Below, piece after piece: positions 25,391 through 39,035 of a stretch of 64,000 nt of DNA (position 1 is its first letter; every line of letters begins with the position of its first letter). The stretch spans positions 6,248,113 through 6,312,112 of the forward strand of contig NC_081399.1 of assembly GCF_030684315.1 (NCBI RefSeq). The letters are read 5' to 3'. The notes under the pieces were generated by a model, which was given only the letters and a program-made list of their open reading frames with translations, ran no database searches and was not told the origin of the DNA. Source of the stretch: Stegostoma tigrinum (Eukaryota). Position numbers and translations under genes: made by a program.

Positions 25391-26929
25391 GAGATAATGG
25401 GAACTGCAGATGCTGGAGATTCCAAGATAATAAAATGTGAGGCTGGATGAACACAGCAGGCAAAGCAGCATCTCAGGAGCACAAAAGCTGACGTTTCGGG
25501 CCTAGACCCTTCATCAGAGAGGGGGATGGGGGGAGGGAACTGGAATAAATAGGGAGAGAGGGGGAGGCGGACCGAAGATGGAGAGTAAAGAAGATAGGTG
25601 GAGAGAGTGTAGGTGGGGAGGTAGGGAGGGGATAGGTCAGTCCAGGGAAGACGGACAGGTCAAGGAGGTGGGATGAGGTTAGTAGGTAGCGGGGGGTGCG
25701 GCTTGGGGTGGGAGGAAGGGATGGGTGAGAGGAAGAACCGGTTAGGGAGGCAGAGACAGGTTGGACTGGTTTTGGGATGCAGTGGGTGGGGGGGAAGAGC
25801 TGGGCTGGTTGTGTGGTGCAGTGGGGGGAGGGGACGAACTGGGCTGGTTGAGGGATGCAGTAGGGGAAGGGGAGATTTTGAAACTGGTGAAGTCCACATT
25901 GATACCATATGGCTGCAGGGTTCCCAGGCGGAATATGAGTTGCTGTTCCTGCAACCTTCGGGTGGCATCATTGTGGCAGTGCAGGAGGCCCATGATGGAC
26001 ATGTCATCAAGAGAATGGGAGGGGGAGTGGAAATGGTTTGCGACTGGGAGGTGCAGTTGTTTTTTGCGAACTGAGCGGAGGTGTTCTGCAAAGCGGTCCC
26101 CAAGCCTCCGCTTGGTTTCCCCAATGTAGAGGAAGCCGCACCGGGTACAGTGGATGCAGTATACCACATTGGTAGATGTGCAGGTGAACCTCTGCTTGAT
26201 GTGGAATGTCATTTTGGGGCCTGGGATGGGGGTGAGGGAGGAGGTGTGGGGACAAGTGTAGCATTTCCTGCGGTTGCAGGGGAAGGTGCCGGGTGTGGTG
26301 GGGTTGGAGGGCAGTGTGGAGCGAACAAGGGAGTCACGGAGAGAGTGGTCTCTCCGGAAAGCAGACAGGGGAGGGGATGGAAAAATGTCTTGGGTAGTGG
26401 GGTCGGATTGTAAATGGCGGAAGTGTCGGAGGATAATGCGTTGTATCCGGAGTTTGGTAGGGTGGTGTGTGAGAACGAGGGGGATCCTCTTGGGGCGGTT
26501 GTGGCGGGGGCGGGGTGTGAGGGATGTGTCGCGGGAAATGCGGGAGACGCGGTCGAGGGCGTTCTCGGTCACTGTGGGGGGAAAGTTGCGGTCCTTAAAG
26601 AACTTGGACATCTGGGATGTGCGGGAGTGGAATGTCTTGTCGTGGGAGCAGATGCGGCGGAGGCGGAGGAATTGGGAATAGGGGATGGAATTTTTGCAGG
26701 AGGGTGGGTGGGAGGAGGTGTATTCTAGGTAGCTGTGGGAGTCGGTGGGCTTGAAATGGACATCAGTTACAAGCTGGTTGCCTGAGATGGAGACCGAGAG
26801 GTCCAGGAAGGTGAGGGATGTGTTGGAGATGGCCCAGGTGAACTGAAGGTTGGGGTGGAAGGTGTTGGTGAAGTGGATGAACTGTACGAGCTCTTCTGGG
26901 GAGCAAGAGGCGGCGCCGATACAGTCATC
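25391..26929 (-). mobile_element. 5'-truncated Penelope-like retroelement (RT C-terminus, GIY-YIG endonuclease and 3' terminal repeat)
   Basis: ORF 25742-26611 with VVYCIHCTRCGFLYIGETKRRLGDRFAEH; 13-bp TSD aattactgcgtga at 25378-25390 and 26930-26942. Confidence 0.92.
25490..25517 (-). ncRNA. Hammerhead ribozyme-like motif in the Penelope 3' terminal repeat
   Basis: Minus strand CTGATGAAGGGTCTAGGCCCGAAACGTC, in the same sense as the element ORF. Confidence 0.55.
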
Positions 26930-27156
26930 AATTACTGCGTGAACCTGGTTCTTCCTCGCTAGTTGTTGAAGGAATCTGAAACTCAGCAGCGTAATTAAGA
27001 AGGGGATTCTGTGTATTTTTTACAGAGGTATTGGAGCAGAGTGGAAGCAGTGAGAATGTGGTAACTAAAGATGATTGATTATGAGTGGGAGAGAGGCGCT
27101 GTTTTCTTGATGATGATGCTACGTCAGTTGCACCATCTAGGATTATATAGCCGTGT

Positions 27157-29505
27157 AAGAACATAAAACGTCGAACATAGAACAGTACAGTACAGTACAG
27201 GCCCTTCGGCCCACGATGTTCTGCCGAACTTTTACCCTAAACCTAAGGTCTATCTAACCTCCACCCCTACCTTATATTGCCATCCATATGCCTATCCAAT
27301 AGCCACTTAAATGCCCCTAATGAGGCCGACTCCACTACCGTCTCCTGTAATGCATTTCACGCCTCTCTGAGTAAAGACCTTACCTCGACGTCTCCCCTAT
27401 AATTGTCTCTACTCAATTTAAAACTGTGCCCCCTCGTAATAACTACCTCCACCCTCGAAAAATGTCTCTGGCTGTCCACTCTATCTATACATCTGATTAT
27501 TTAGTACTCCTCTATCAAGTCACCTCTCATCCTTCGTCTTTCTAAAGAGTAAAGCCCTAGCTCTCTCAACCTTTCTGCGTAAGACCTTCCCTCCATACCA
27601 GGCAACATCCTGGTAAATTTCCTCTGCACCTTTTCCAATTCTTCCACATCTTTCCTGCAATGAGGCGACCAGAACTAGAAACAATACTCCAGATGTGGCC
27701 GAACCAGGATTTGGTATAGGTGGAGCATAACTTCACGGCTCTTTAACTCAATCCCTCCATTAATGAAAGCTAACACACCATACGCCTTCTTAACAAGTCT
27801 AACTACCTGGGTGGCAGCTCTCAGGGAACTGTGAACATGAACCCCAAGATCCCACTGCTCCTCCACACGGCCAAGAATCTTTCCATTAACCTTGTATTCT
27901 GCTTTCATTTTGTTCTTCCAAAATGAATCACCTCACACTTTTCAGGGTTTAACTCCATCTGCCACTTCTCACCCCAGCTCTGCATCCTATCAATGTCCCT
28001 TTGTAACCGAGAACAGCCCTCTGCACTATCCACCACTCGAGCCACCTTCATATCACCTGCAAACTTGGTAATCCATCCTTCCACTCCTACTTCCAAATCA
28101 TTGACAAAAATCACAAATGGGAAGAGGACTCAGAACAGATTCTTGTGGTACACCACTCGGAACTGAGCGCCATGTTGAATATTTTCTGTCCACTACCACC
28201 CTTTGTCTTCTAAGGGTCAGCCAATTCTGAATACAATCTGCCTCATTTCCCCCTATTCCATGCCTCCTTACTTCCTGCATGAGCCTACTATGGGAAAATT
28301 TATCAAATGCCTCACTTAAATCCACGAATACCATATCCAATGTTCTACCTTCATCCACGTGTTTGGTCACATCTACAAAGAATTCAATAAGTTTCGTGAG
28401 GCATGATCTACCCCTCGCAAATCGATGCTGACTATCCCGAATCAAACTGTGCCTATACAAGTGACCATAAATCCTATCTCTCGGAGCCCTTTCCTATAAT
28501 TTTCCCACTGCTGACACAAGACTAACTGGCCTGTAGTTCTGGGTTTATCCCTATTCTCTTTTTTGAACAAGGGCATGATGTTCACCTCTTTCCAATTTTC
28601 TGGCACTATACCCATGGGCAATGAGGACGAAAAGATCATCGCAAAAGCCCCTGAAATCTCTTCCCTCAATTTCCACAGAATCCTTGGATAAATCCCATCA
28701 GGCCCAGAGGACTTATCTGTCTTCAACTTCCTCAAAATTCCGAGTGCATCTTCCTTACTAACATCCACCTTCCCTAGCCTACCAGCCTGTTTCACAATGT
28801 CATCCCCCACAGCTAGGTTCCTCCCAGTTGTGAATACCGAAGAAAAGTATTCATTAAGGACCTCTCCTATTTCTTTAGTCTCCGTGCACAAATTCCCTTT
28901 ACAATCCTTGATGGGCCCTACCCTTTCTCTGGTCATCCTCTTCTTCCTCACATACGCATAAAAAGTCTTGGAGTTTTCCTTAATCCTATCTGCCAGGGTT
29001 TTCTCATGACCCATTACAGCTCTGCTAAGCCCTTTGTTCAGCTCCTTCCTAGCTAACTTGTAACCATCTAGAGCGTTTTCTGATCCTTGTTTCCTTAACC
29101 TTATATAAGCATACTTCTTCCTCTTAACCAGTCGTTCGACCTCTCTTGAGAACCAAGGCTCCATCACTCAACCACATCTTCCCTGCCTGCTAGGGACAAA
29201 CATTTTGAGCATGCACAGTATGCATTCCTTAAACAATCTCCACATTTCTATAGTGCTCTTCCCTGACCGCATCTGTTACCATTTTGTGTTACCCAGTTCT
29301 TTCCAACAGAATTATAATTACTCTTCCCCCAATTATAAACCTTACCCTGCTGTATGTACTTATCCTTTTCCATGAATATTGTAAAAGCACCAGAGGTATG
29401 ACTGCTACCACCAAAATGCTCTCCTACCAACAGGTCTAACACTTGATCTGGTTCATTGCCAAGCACCAATTCGAAAGTGGCCTTTCCTCGTGTTGGTCTA
29501 TCTAC
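27157..29505 (-). mobile_element. CR1 LINE, 5'-truncated and frameshifted
   Basis: ORF fragments 29248-29469, 28442-29167, 28098-28460, 27905-28114 and 27675-27908 carry CR1 RT motifs (KSSGPDGIYPRIL, SCLTKLIEFF, LVRPHLEYC). Confidence 0.92.
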
Positions 29506-29770
29506 ATGTAAGACGGAATGGCAACTCTCAGTTCAAAACTAAGCAGCAATTCATTGTGTCTTTTGGCCTGATAACACTTGGATATGTACTTTAGAACTGC
29601 TCCTGATACACCAGAGTGGAATAAAGCTTATATTGCCCCGTCTGGTTGCTGTCTGTGTCAGTACATGGAGCTGCAATCTGTATTATTCAGCGTGCATCTG
29701 AGTGTAGCCGAATATCTTCCTGCATTCGACATGATAGAAGGAGACCTCGCCAGGTAGGAGGCCAGAATTC
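29506..29770 (-). pseudogene. TCR V fragment V7
   Basis: RCTLNNTDCSSMY*HRQQP; the 3' end and RSS are missing at the CR1 junction, and no leader is found upstream. Confidence 0.8.
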
Positions 29771-29967
29771 CTGTCCAACATAGAATGGAATCGAATCAAA
29801 CTTCTGAAAAAAAAATCGTTAGAAGAGCTGTATTTAAATAAAGTGTTTGCATTGCAACCGAATGTGTCATACGGCAAAGCAACATCTATAACCACATTTT
29901 TTGAAAATATCTAGACATTGTTAAATTTATATGTGTTTATTGAGATGCTTGGATCTGGAATGTAATT

Positions 29968-30290
29968 TGTGCTATTGCCTCATAGAACCAGAGGCCGAGA
30001 TTCGAATCCACACTGGGGTGGTAACTGTCTGAGTGGATTTTTCTACATCCTCTGCGTGGGTTTCCTTGCACCTTCCATAAATGCGCATATTAATCCGATT
30101 GGCAGTGCTCAGCTAACAATTCTGCCCAGTGATGTGCAAGCTGGATTGAATAGCCATGGGGAATGCAGGATTACGAGAATAGGGTGGAAGGGTGGTGAGT
30201 GGATATGGGTGGGATGCTCTCTGGAAGTCAGTATGAACTGGATAACCTGAATGGCCTGCACCCACAGTTGTAGGGAGTCCACAATTCTAA
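29968..30290 (+). mobile_element. Degenerate V-SINE
   Basis: Homology to 15275-15606 (ctgtctgagtgga...ctctgcgtgggtttcc...gtagggagtcc). Confidence 0.6.
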
Positions 30291-32532
30291 CTTTCGAACC
30301 AAATTTGGATCAATGTACGAAAGGGGGCAGAGCAGGTGGGGAAAGTAGAATAAATGCCATTAAAAGACTATTAGCTGATAAATCCAAACGATTGGTAAAC
30401 CCAAGATTTCAGGGAGAGGCAAAAAAGATGGAATTCAGAAGACAATGGGACTACTTGTTTAATTTCATCCTGGATGTGGACGTACTATTTATCCTCACCT
30501 TTGTTGTCCATCCGGAATTGTCCTTATGAAGATGTTGATGAGACACTTCTTGAATTATTGTGCTTTATTCCGTCACTGCTTTGTACAAATGGCTTGCTGA
30601 GCCATTTAAGAGGAAATTCAGAGCCAACCAATTTCTGTGGGTCTGCAGTTACATGTACTCCAGACCAGATCAACATGGCACATTCTGTCCCCGAAGGACA
30701 TCAAAGAACAAGATGCGTGTTTGTAATTCGTAATGACAGTTTTGTGACCACGATGGCTAAATCAAGTTTGGAAGTTTTTTTTAATGTTATATTGACATAT
30801 ATGTCAATTGCACTTTTAAAAATGCGTTACATACTGACATGAAGAAGATATGACTGGGAGGGTCTATCGACAGGATGAAACGGATTATGCTGATCCCATC
30901 TAAACAGTTGACATTGAAAACAAAACAGCCTCATGGCTCTGTTCTGTTCTGTAGGATTTTGTGGTTTAGTGAAATATGCAACAGTCTTGGGTGAAAATTG
31001 CTCCCCAGTTCCATGCAGCGAGGCCCTATTCCAACCAAGTGTGACTGTATGTTTCTTCGAGGTTATTCACTGGGCATGGACAGAGAGAATGATGCACTGC
31101 CAGAGAAGCCAAGACAAAGAAGCGCTGCTTTGCTGTTTGGCAGGTGATGTTGAAAGCAATATTCTCTCAAACAGCGATTACATAGCTTGAGGTTTGCACC
31201 TGAAAGTTTGCTTATTTGTGGAATTGGACTGCGATGAGGCAAATTCATGAAGGTTACTGCGGGGGTTACTAACCCATTTCAATGATGAATCCTTCTGAAT
31301 AGCATTATAGAGTTTCTGAGCCTATATATGGACCAGATCGTGAAATGTAGGGCGGAATTAGCTGTGAACCTGCCAAAGATGTCATCTGAACTTCAGTGTG
31401 CGATGGATTACTAAATCCAGGATCGTGGAGTCCATTTGAATAGAAAGAAATTCTGGTGAATTTCGTCAGCTAGTGACTTCCAAGCACTTCCACGGTCAGT
31501 CTCTTTTCCTTCAACACTTCTTTACTTGCAGGAAATTCTCACATGAATCTATTTTGCTGTTTGTGGGATCTTTCTGACTTGGGCTGAAATGGTCAATCAC
31601 TGTGCTGGAAAGATTGAGAATAGGACAGTGAAGTTACAGACAAAATCTCATTCGTTAGCTGCCAGTAACTGAAGTTATCTGCAGGCCATTACAGTAAATA
31701 GGAAGTGAAGCTGCACCGGAACAAAAGCATTGGAGCAGAGTGAAATCCTCGGAAATTCGTTGAGTAAAGGAGTTCCGTGTGAAGGAAGGGCAGGGAGCCA
31801 CTGTTTACTTGCTGTTGTTGTGCCATTTTTTGTAGCATCCAGAAAATTTCTGCGGAAGAGGTTCAATAGTCTGGCATGAGTTGTTGGGGTGGTGGGGTGG
31901 AGGGCGCAAAGATGAATGATGCGCAGAATCGGAAGGATTTGCAGATGTTCACTGCAATTCGGGGGCCTTCAGGAGAGATAAACTTGAGTGCTCAGAGTAT
32001 TGAAAGTTACCTTTTTTGATAAAAGGGAATCTGCTTTCAGTGGGATTAGGCATCACCATCAGAAACAGGAAATTCCACTATTGGAAAAATGATCACCCTG
32101 CTGGGGGTCAGGTGGGTGTTTGGGGTTTGGGGGAGTTCCAGTGAGTGGAGGTTGGCTATGTTCCCAGTGACGAAGAATTTAAGATGATTTTGAATGCGAT
32201 ACTGCTTGACAGAATGTTCTGGAGATGGGTTTATTAATCATGTTAGAATGGGATTAAGTAAATAAGTCAACGGTAACAATTCAGCAGTTTATTAGAGAAG
32301 CGCAAGGTGAGATTGTAATCGACAGGAGCGTTATCTCAAAGCCATGAGAGGGATAAACTTGACTGAATTCCAGACTATATCCTCTTAATTACCTTATTCA
32401 TAATCTGGTCACGGAAAATGTACCCTAAACATTAATCGTGTGTCCCCACCTACTGATGGAACATGAGTCCTTAATGCCCCGGAGTTGGATGTGGGTTTTG
32501 GTTAATGCAAAGACGCTTTCTCAACCGCTGTT

Positions 32533-33367
32533 CACTGTTGCACGCACAAAAAATAGACACCAGTGTGAGACGGTGAGGCAGTTCTCACTTCCAAAATGAA
32601 CAGAGTATCAGTGGTTCTTGCGGCCTGATAAGATTCAAATGTGTAATTTGTAACAACCCCTGCTGCAACTGAAAAGGGTAAAGCTTCTACTGCCTGGCCT
32701 GTTTGCTGTCTGAACCAGTACATTCGGAGATAGACAGTATCTCTCAGCGTGAACTTGAGTGTCGCTGAGCGTCCTCCTGAAATCGACACGATGGAAGGAG
32801 ACTGCTGCACGTCGGGAACCAGAATTCCTGTCGAATCTGAAGTGGAATAGAATCAGATTTATAGCAATCATTCATAAGGACATTCATTGAAGCAATGATA
32901 TATTTGATATAAAACCTGTCACGATAAACAAACGTTTTAAATCGGGTGCAAATACTTCTTTTCACTTAATTGTCAGTTCTCTGTTAAAAGTCATCACTAT
33001 CACTTCAAGCAAAGCGCTGTTCGAGAATTCTAATGTTTATTGGTCAGCAGATATGTTATTTTCGAAAGGTACTTCCACATTGAAATTTTGAAGCTGGGCT
33101 TGTTTTTCTCTGAAGAGGAAAATGTAGTCATTGTCTCCAACTGTTTAGCATTGTGTGCACCATTTAAAATTGCAGACCATCCTCGGTAATGATGTATGGA
33201 GGGTCAGCCTTGACTTCCAACTTCAGGATCAAGATTCAGAGTCAGGCCTTAGACCAGATGGGAGAACGCTATCGAGTGAACAATGCATTGTTCCATTCAC
33301 GGTGTGTCTTTCTCTTACCTGGGTTCAGTGCCAATATGCAGATGAGATGAGAGAGTTCATTCAGCAT
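32533..33367 (-). pseudogene. TCR V pseudogene V8 (leader 33319-33367, V exon 32533-32827)
   Basis: First Cys changed to Phe, +1 frameshift in the A-run before the second Cys, heptamer AACAGCG. Confidence 0.85.
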
Positions 33368-35030
33368 GATCTTTTCATATAACACTGGCTCCCTCCGTGA
33401 ACGGAATGCGGTCCTTTGGCACCTGTGAGCACAGTTTCCGTGTTGCTTCTGATTAAATACAGGACATCCGGTTGCTATTTCATTGCCCCGACACCATTTT
33501 CTTTAACACATAATGCTCCATCCTACTACATTTTCACTGATTAGTTGGATTGACAGACGAGAGGTCGGTGTTAACAGCAGGGCTCAAATTTCAAGAGGAA
33601 TGGGACAGGTTAGATAAGCAATTCATACATTGTATTCTTGGTAACAATATTCCAGACATTGCAGATGATGGAAGATAATTGATTGCAAGTGTAAATGGGA
33701 GATTAAGAGATTGGTATGTTCTGGTCTGAAGTTCATTGTCTGAAAGAATGGTCTGAGTGGAACTACGGCAAACTTCAAAACAGAATAGAATAAATACCTC
33801 AAAAGAGAAACAACAGGAACGAATGAGAGAGCAGTTGGGGAGTGGTGAACTGGTTACAGGGACGAAGTCTCGTTTCATAAATTCATATCGACGCTGGTAA
33901 ACCAGAGTCTGGAGGGAGCGGTGACCACTTCTTTCATTCTTTCCTGGGATGTGGGTTTAGCTGTCTGGAATAACATTTATTGTCCAAATTGTCTTTGAGA
34001 AGGGAATGATGAGATGCGTTCTTAAATCTTCCTGTTCTATTTTGTTGCGGTTTTGGGTAACTGGTAGGCTCGCTGGCCCATTTCTGAGGTCAGCTCAGAG
34101 TCAGCCCTATTGCTGCGGTTCAGCACGTACATGTACTCCAGACCAGGTCAGGACGGCAGATTTCCTCACCTGAAGTGCGTCAGTGAACCAGCTTTGTGTT
34201 TCTGATACACAGTTTTGTGGTCGCCATAACTGGACCAATGTTTGAACTGATAAAAATAGAAAATGTGTTATTTGAAATAAATATCAACGACAAATTTGAC
34301 AGGACACTTACGAGTGAGACAACACTGGAAAAGTGTGAAGGCAGGCTGCAATGCATTCCTTTGGTCTCATCTAAAGAGCTCAAATTGACAGGAACAGCCT
34401 CGTGGTCTACTTCAATTTAGTGGGATCCTGTTGTTTTGTGAAATACACGACTTTCTTTGGTGTAACTTTTTCCTTGTACCATGCGGGAAGGTTTATTTCA
34501 TCAATGTTTGACTGTGTGATTCTTCAAATTAATTCACTGGGCACGCATTAAGGGAAAATTGCATTGTCAGAGAAGAAATATACATAGGGAACGCTGCTTT
34601 GCATGTAGCGAATTTTTTGGCAGGTGATGCTGAAAATAATCATTTCCCAAGGAAATTATCCCAAAGTTTGGGTGCTTAGCTTGCTCCTTTACTTAATTCC
34701 GGGATTGGACTGTGGAGAAATGTACTATGAAAATGTCACTGACTTGCATCGTAATCCAGTTCAGAGGAAACTTAGTATTGAGTAGCGTTGTAGTGTGACT
34801 GGAGTCACATTTGGTTTAGATCGGGATAAGTTGGTTAAAATTAGCTGTGAACCCGCCAGAGAGACTGAGAGTTGGTGGGTTTTCAATTGGTCCATAAAGG
34901 GTGGATCAAAGCTGGCCAGTCAGCCTTCAAGAAAGTTGAACAACAATGAGAAAACAGACAGTGACTTGGCATTGAGGCAGATTATTATTTTCTCTACTTT
35001 GGAAGCTGATTGATGCAAAGCTCTTGTTTA

Positions 35031-35037
35031 GTGTGTG

Positions 35038-35106
<69 letters not shown>
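35031..35106. repeat. (GT)n microsatellite
   Basis: Direct dinucleotide run. Confidence 0.95.
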
Positions 35107-35111
<5 letters not shown>

Positions 35112-36214
35112 ATCTCTTTCTAGATATTAATCAATTAATGACGTGTTGCAAGTTCTGTGGAAGAACGCCAGTCTGCAGCAAATACGTGAGAGTCCAGAGA
35201 TCTAGTGCAGTTTCATAAACGAGTGACTTCAGAATTCATGGAAGAGACACGTATTTCCGTTTGCTTCTGATAAATCCCATCGTCAAAGAATTTCATGAAA
35301 GAGTGGCATGTACTGTTGAAATGGGTGTCCAGTTGGCAACTTATGATTCTTTTATATGCAGTTTTCATTTATCTCTTAATTATGTCCGTCTTTCGGTGTG
35401 GCAGTGGTGTTTTATATTGAAAAAGATTGGGCTTAGACAGCCTTGTTTTTATTTTCTATGTTCTACTAAGGGTACATTGCTAATAATGATTTGCTCTTTA
35501 CAATTTAAGTCATAGACTTTATATCCAACATAAAGCCTAGATACAAGCAATTAAACAGTTTTGAGAGTTGAAATTCTGAATATTTTAAATTCTCTGTGTT
35601 GCAAATTCAGTTAAAACGAGACTGGAATGGTTTAACTTGTTCTCCCTGTGCCGCAAAATTCGATAATGCAGAAATGTTTAAGGAGATACAGCTTTGAGAT
35701 GTTGAAATTGCAGAAGTGAAACATTTGAGCGGAATGTCCTGACAGTGCGATGAAGGATGAACATCAGAGACATTGATTTCCACTCAACGGAAAAAGGATC
35801 GGCCTGATTAGGGAGTCCCAGTGAGTGGGAGAGATTAGATGTTCCATTTGAGCAACAATTCATAGTTCCCCTGAAACCAAGGCTGCTTTTAAAAAATCTG
35901 GAATCTGAATTTAAAATGACTTTTACAAAAAAAATGCTTCTGTAAACATATGAAAGGAAAAGTTTCCCGAGTTTATGGGCCAAGAAGTGGCGGAGATTGT
36001 GATTTACAGAAGAGCTCTCTCAAAGCGCTGACAATGGAAAGATGACCTGAGTTCTATTTGCTCTCTGCCCCATTCTCCGATTCTTCATCTTTTCGTGGAA
36101 AATTTGTTCCAAACATCTATAGTCTGACACCTCCTGCTGTTAGGAATTAAGCCCTGGGGTTGGATGCGTATTTTTTTTTCTCTGTAGCTTGCAAAGAATT
36201 TCTCAAACCTTGTT

Positions 36215-37040
36215 CACTACTGCTTACACAGAAATAGACTGCAGTGTGAGTAACTGCATTTTTAAAATAGACAGTGTTTGGTGAAGTCTTATGCTCAGAA
36301 AAGACTCGAATGTGTAATATCCAACAGGTCCTACTCCAACAGAGCAGAACAAAGCCTCTGTTGCCAGGTCTGTTTGTTGTAAGCACCAGTTTCTTTGGAG
36401 ATAGCCAGGATCCTTCAGCGTGCATCTAAGTGTAACCGGAATCTCCTCTTGACGTACTCATCACAATCGCTATGATGGAAGGAGACTGCTCCTCTGTTCA
36501 GGCCAGAATTCCTGCAGAATCTGAAATGGAATAGATTCAAATTTATGACCATAATTGATTTGTACAAGGGTTGCATTGAAACAGAGGGATTGCGCTGATA
36601 TCAAAGATACCTAAAAATCATTTTCCAAGAGCATTACAGGCAATGAAGTAAGCTATACTTAAATGTTTCAGAGAGATAACGGGAACTGCAGATGCTGGAG
36701 AATCCGAGATAACAAAGTATGGAGCTGGATGAACACAGCAGGCCAAGCAGCATCTTAGGAGCACAAAAGCTGACCTTTCGGGCTTAGGCTCCACACTTTG
36801 TTAGCTCAAATGTTTGGGCACTGTTAGAAGTGTTGTACCCATTCTGAGCAAAGCTAGATTCTCAGAAATGATCCTTGAAATGTTAACCTTGAATTCCAGT
36901 TTCTGGATCAGGAGTAAGAATCGGATCAATGTCTCACTAAGCAGCTGATTGGACAATGCATTGTTCCATTCCTGGTACTCCCTTAACTAACGTGGGTCCA
37001 GTGCAAACATCCAGATGTGATAATTAACTTCACGTAGCAT
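36215..37040 (-). pseudogene. TCR V pseudogene V9 (leader 36992-37040, V exon 36215-36511)
   Basis: Indels in the V exon, HTAVYFCVSSS end retained, RSS destroyed; Penelope-derived insert in the intron (about 36669-36807, TSD aaatgttt). Confidence 0.8.
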
Positions 37041-37429
37041 GATCATGTCGTTTAACACTGGCTTCCTCTGCGAATGGCGTGCAGTCGAATGACACCTGTG
37101 AAGACAGTTGCTTTGCAACATCTGACTAAATACCACTTCCGGTGGCTACTTCACTCACCTGCTTCATTTGCTGTGAAACTTTGCTTAGTCTCCTATTGGG
37201 TTGATACACATTGGATTAAGAGTGAACAAGGCAGCCTGAACAGCAGGGCTCAAATTTCAAGAAGGATTGATCAGATTAGATAAGTAAAGATAATTCTTCC
37301 AATGGGTTGTCGTCAAGACATTGAAGATGATGGAAATTAATTGATTGCAAGTGTGAATGAGCAACCCCTATACAGCGAGGTGTTGTGATCATAAATGTGT
37401 TATCTGAAAGTCTATTCTGAGTTGAATAA

Positions 37430-38352
37430 CGGCAACTTCCTACCGTGGTGTGGGACAATGCCACACTTCCCACGAGCCCCACCAACCAGGGCACTTTTCC
37501 CTGCAACTGCAGGAAGTGCTAAACCTCCCCTGACATTCCCCCCTCACCCCCATCCCAGGCTCCAAGAAGACCTCCCACATCAAACAGATGCTCACCTGCA
37601 CATCTGCTAATGTGGTATACTGCATTCTCTGTTCCTGTTGTGGTCTCCTCTTCATCCGGAAAACCAAATGGAGACTTGGGACCGTTTTGTGGAACACCTA
37701 CTCTCAGTTCACAACAAACTACTGCACCTCCCAGTCGCAAACCATTTTAACTCCCCCTCCCATTCCTCAGACAACATGTCCATCCTGGGCCTCCTGCAGT
37801 GCCACAACGATGCCACCCGAAGGTTGCAGTAACAGCAACTCATATTCCGCTTGGGAACCCTGCAGCCCAATGGTATCAATGTGGACTTCACCAGCTTCAA
37901 AATCTCCCCTCCCCCAACCGCATCCCAAAACCAGCCCAACTTGCCCCGCCTCCCTAACCTGTCCTTCCTCCCACCTATCCACTCCGTCCACCTCAAGTCC
38001 CAATCCCATCTCTTACTCACCAGCTTCATGCCACCCCCTTGACCTGTCGGTCCTCCCTAGACTGACCTATCCCCACCCTAACTCCCCACCTATACTCACC
38101 TTAACTGGCTCCATCTCCACCACCTTGACCTATCTGTCTCCTCTCCACCTGTCTTCCCCTTTACCCATCTTCTGCCCGCCTCTCCCTCTCTCCCAACTTA
38201 TTTCAGAATCCCTTTCCCCTCCTCCATTTCTGAGGAAGTGTCTAGATCCAAAACATTAACTTTCCACCTCCTCCGATGCTGCTTGGCCTGCTGTGTTCAT
38301 CCAGCTTCACACCGTGTTATCCCAGTTTCTCCAGCATCGGTAATTCCCACTA
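37430..38352 (+). mobile_element. Degenerate Penelope-like element 3' part
   Basis: VVYCILCSCCGLLFI (decayed GIY-YIG), LGTLQPNGINVDF and a terminal repeat homologous to 25391-26929. Confidence 0.88.
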
Positions 38353-38354
38353 CC

Positions 38355-38530
38355 CCTTCATGCGTCATGATCCTGTATCTGTCACTGGCTCTATCTATGA
38401 ACAGCGTGCAATCCAATGACACTGGTGGAGGCAGTTTCTCTGCTGCACATGATTTAAAACATCATATCTGCTTGCTATCTCATTCCCCAGACACCATTTG
38501 CTGTCAAAATTTAACTCCACCTTACTTTAT
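38355..38530 (-). pseudogene. Orphan V promoter plus first leader codons (V exon deleted)
   Basis: ggatcATGACGCATGAA and the conserved promoter block directly abut the Penelope end. Confidence 0.7.
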
Positions 38531-38689
38531 TTCTCGGTGACTATTGGAGATCAGCCCCAGACCTGCCGAGGCGTCACCTGTCTACTTTGTAATAGTCCCA
38601 CCTTCCCACAACCGCTTCCAATGCCCGATGAATTTGAAACTCTCCAGCTCACGCTATATTTTCAGTCATATGTTCATCCAATATATCCT

Positions 38690-39035
38690 GCTGAAGAGGA
38701 TGAGGCCATTCAGCCCTTAGAACCTGCTCCGCCATTCATCACAATCATTGCTGATCATACAACTCAATAACTTAATCCTGCTTTCTCCCCATAATCTCTG
38801 ATCCCATTGGCTATATCCACCTGCTTCTTGAATACGGTCAATGTTTTCACATCAACTACTTCATGTGGGAATGAATTCCACAGACTCACCACTTTTTGAG
38901 CAAAGAAATGTTTCCTCATCTGTTTCCTAAACAGTCTGCCCCGAATCCTCAGACTGTGACCCCTGGTACTGGGCACACCCGCTAATGGGAACATCCTCCC
39001 TGCATCTACCCTGTCTAGTCCTGTTGGAATTTTCT
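38690..39035 (-). mobile_element. CR1 3' fragment
   Basis: Peptide TRGHSLRIRGRLFRKQMRKHFFAQKVVSLWNSFP. Confidence 0.75.

Noticed and set aside
25660-26728. Multiple overlapping ORFs around the Penelope element
   Set aside because: Alternative-frame or antisense shadows of a GC-rich GIY-YIG ORF.
35024-35218. VCVCVC ORF
   Set aside because: Translation of the GT microsatellite.
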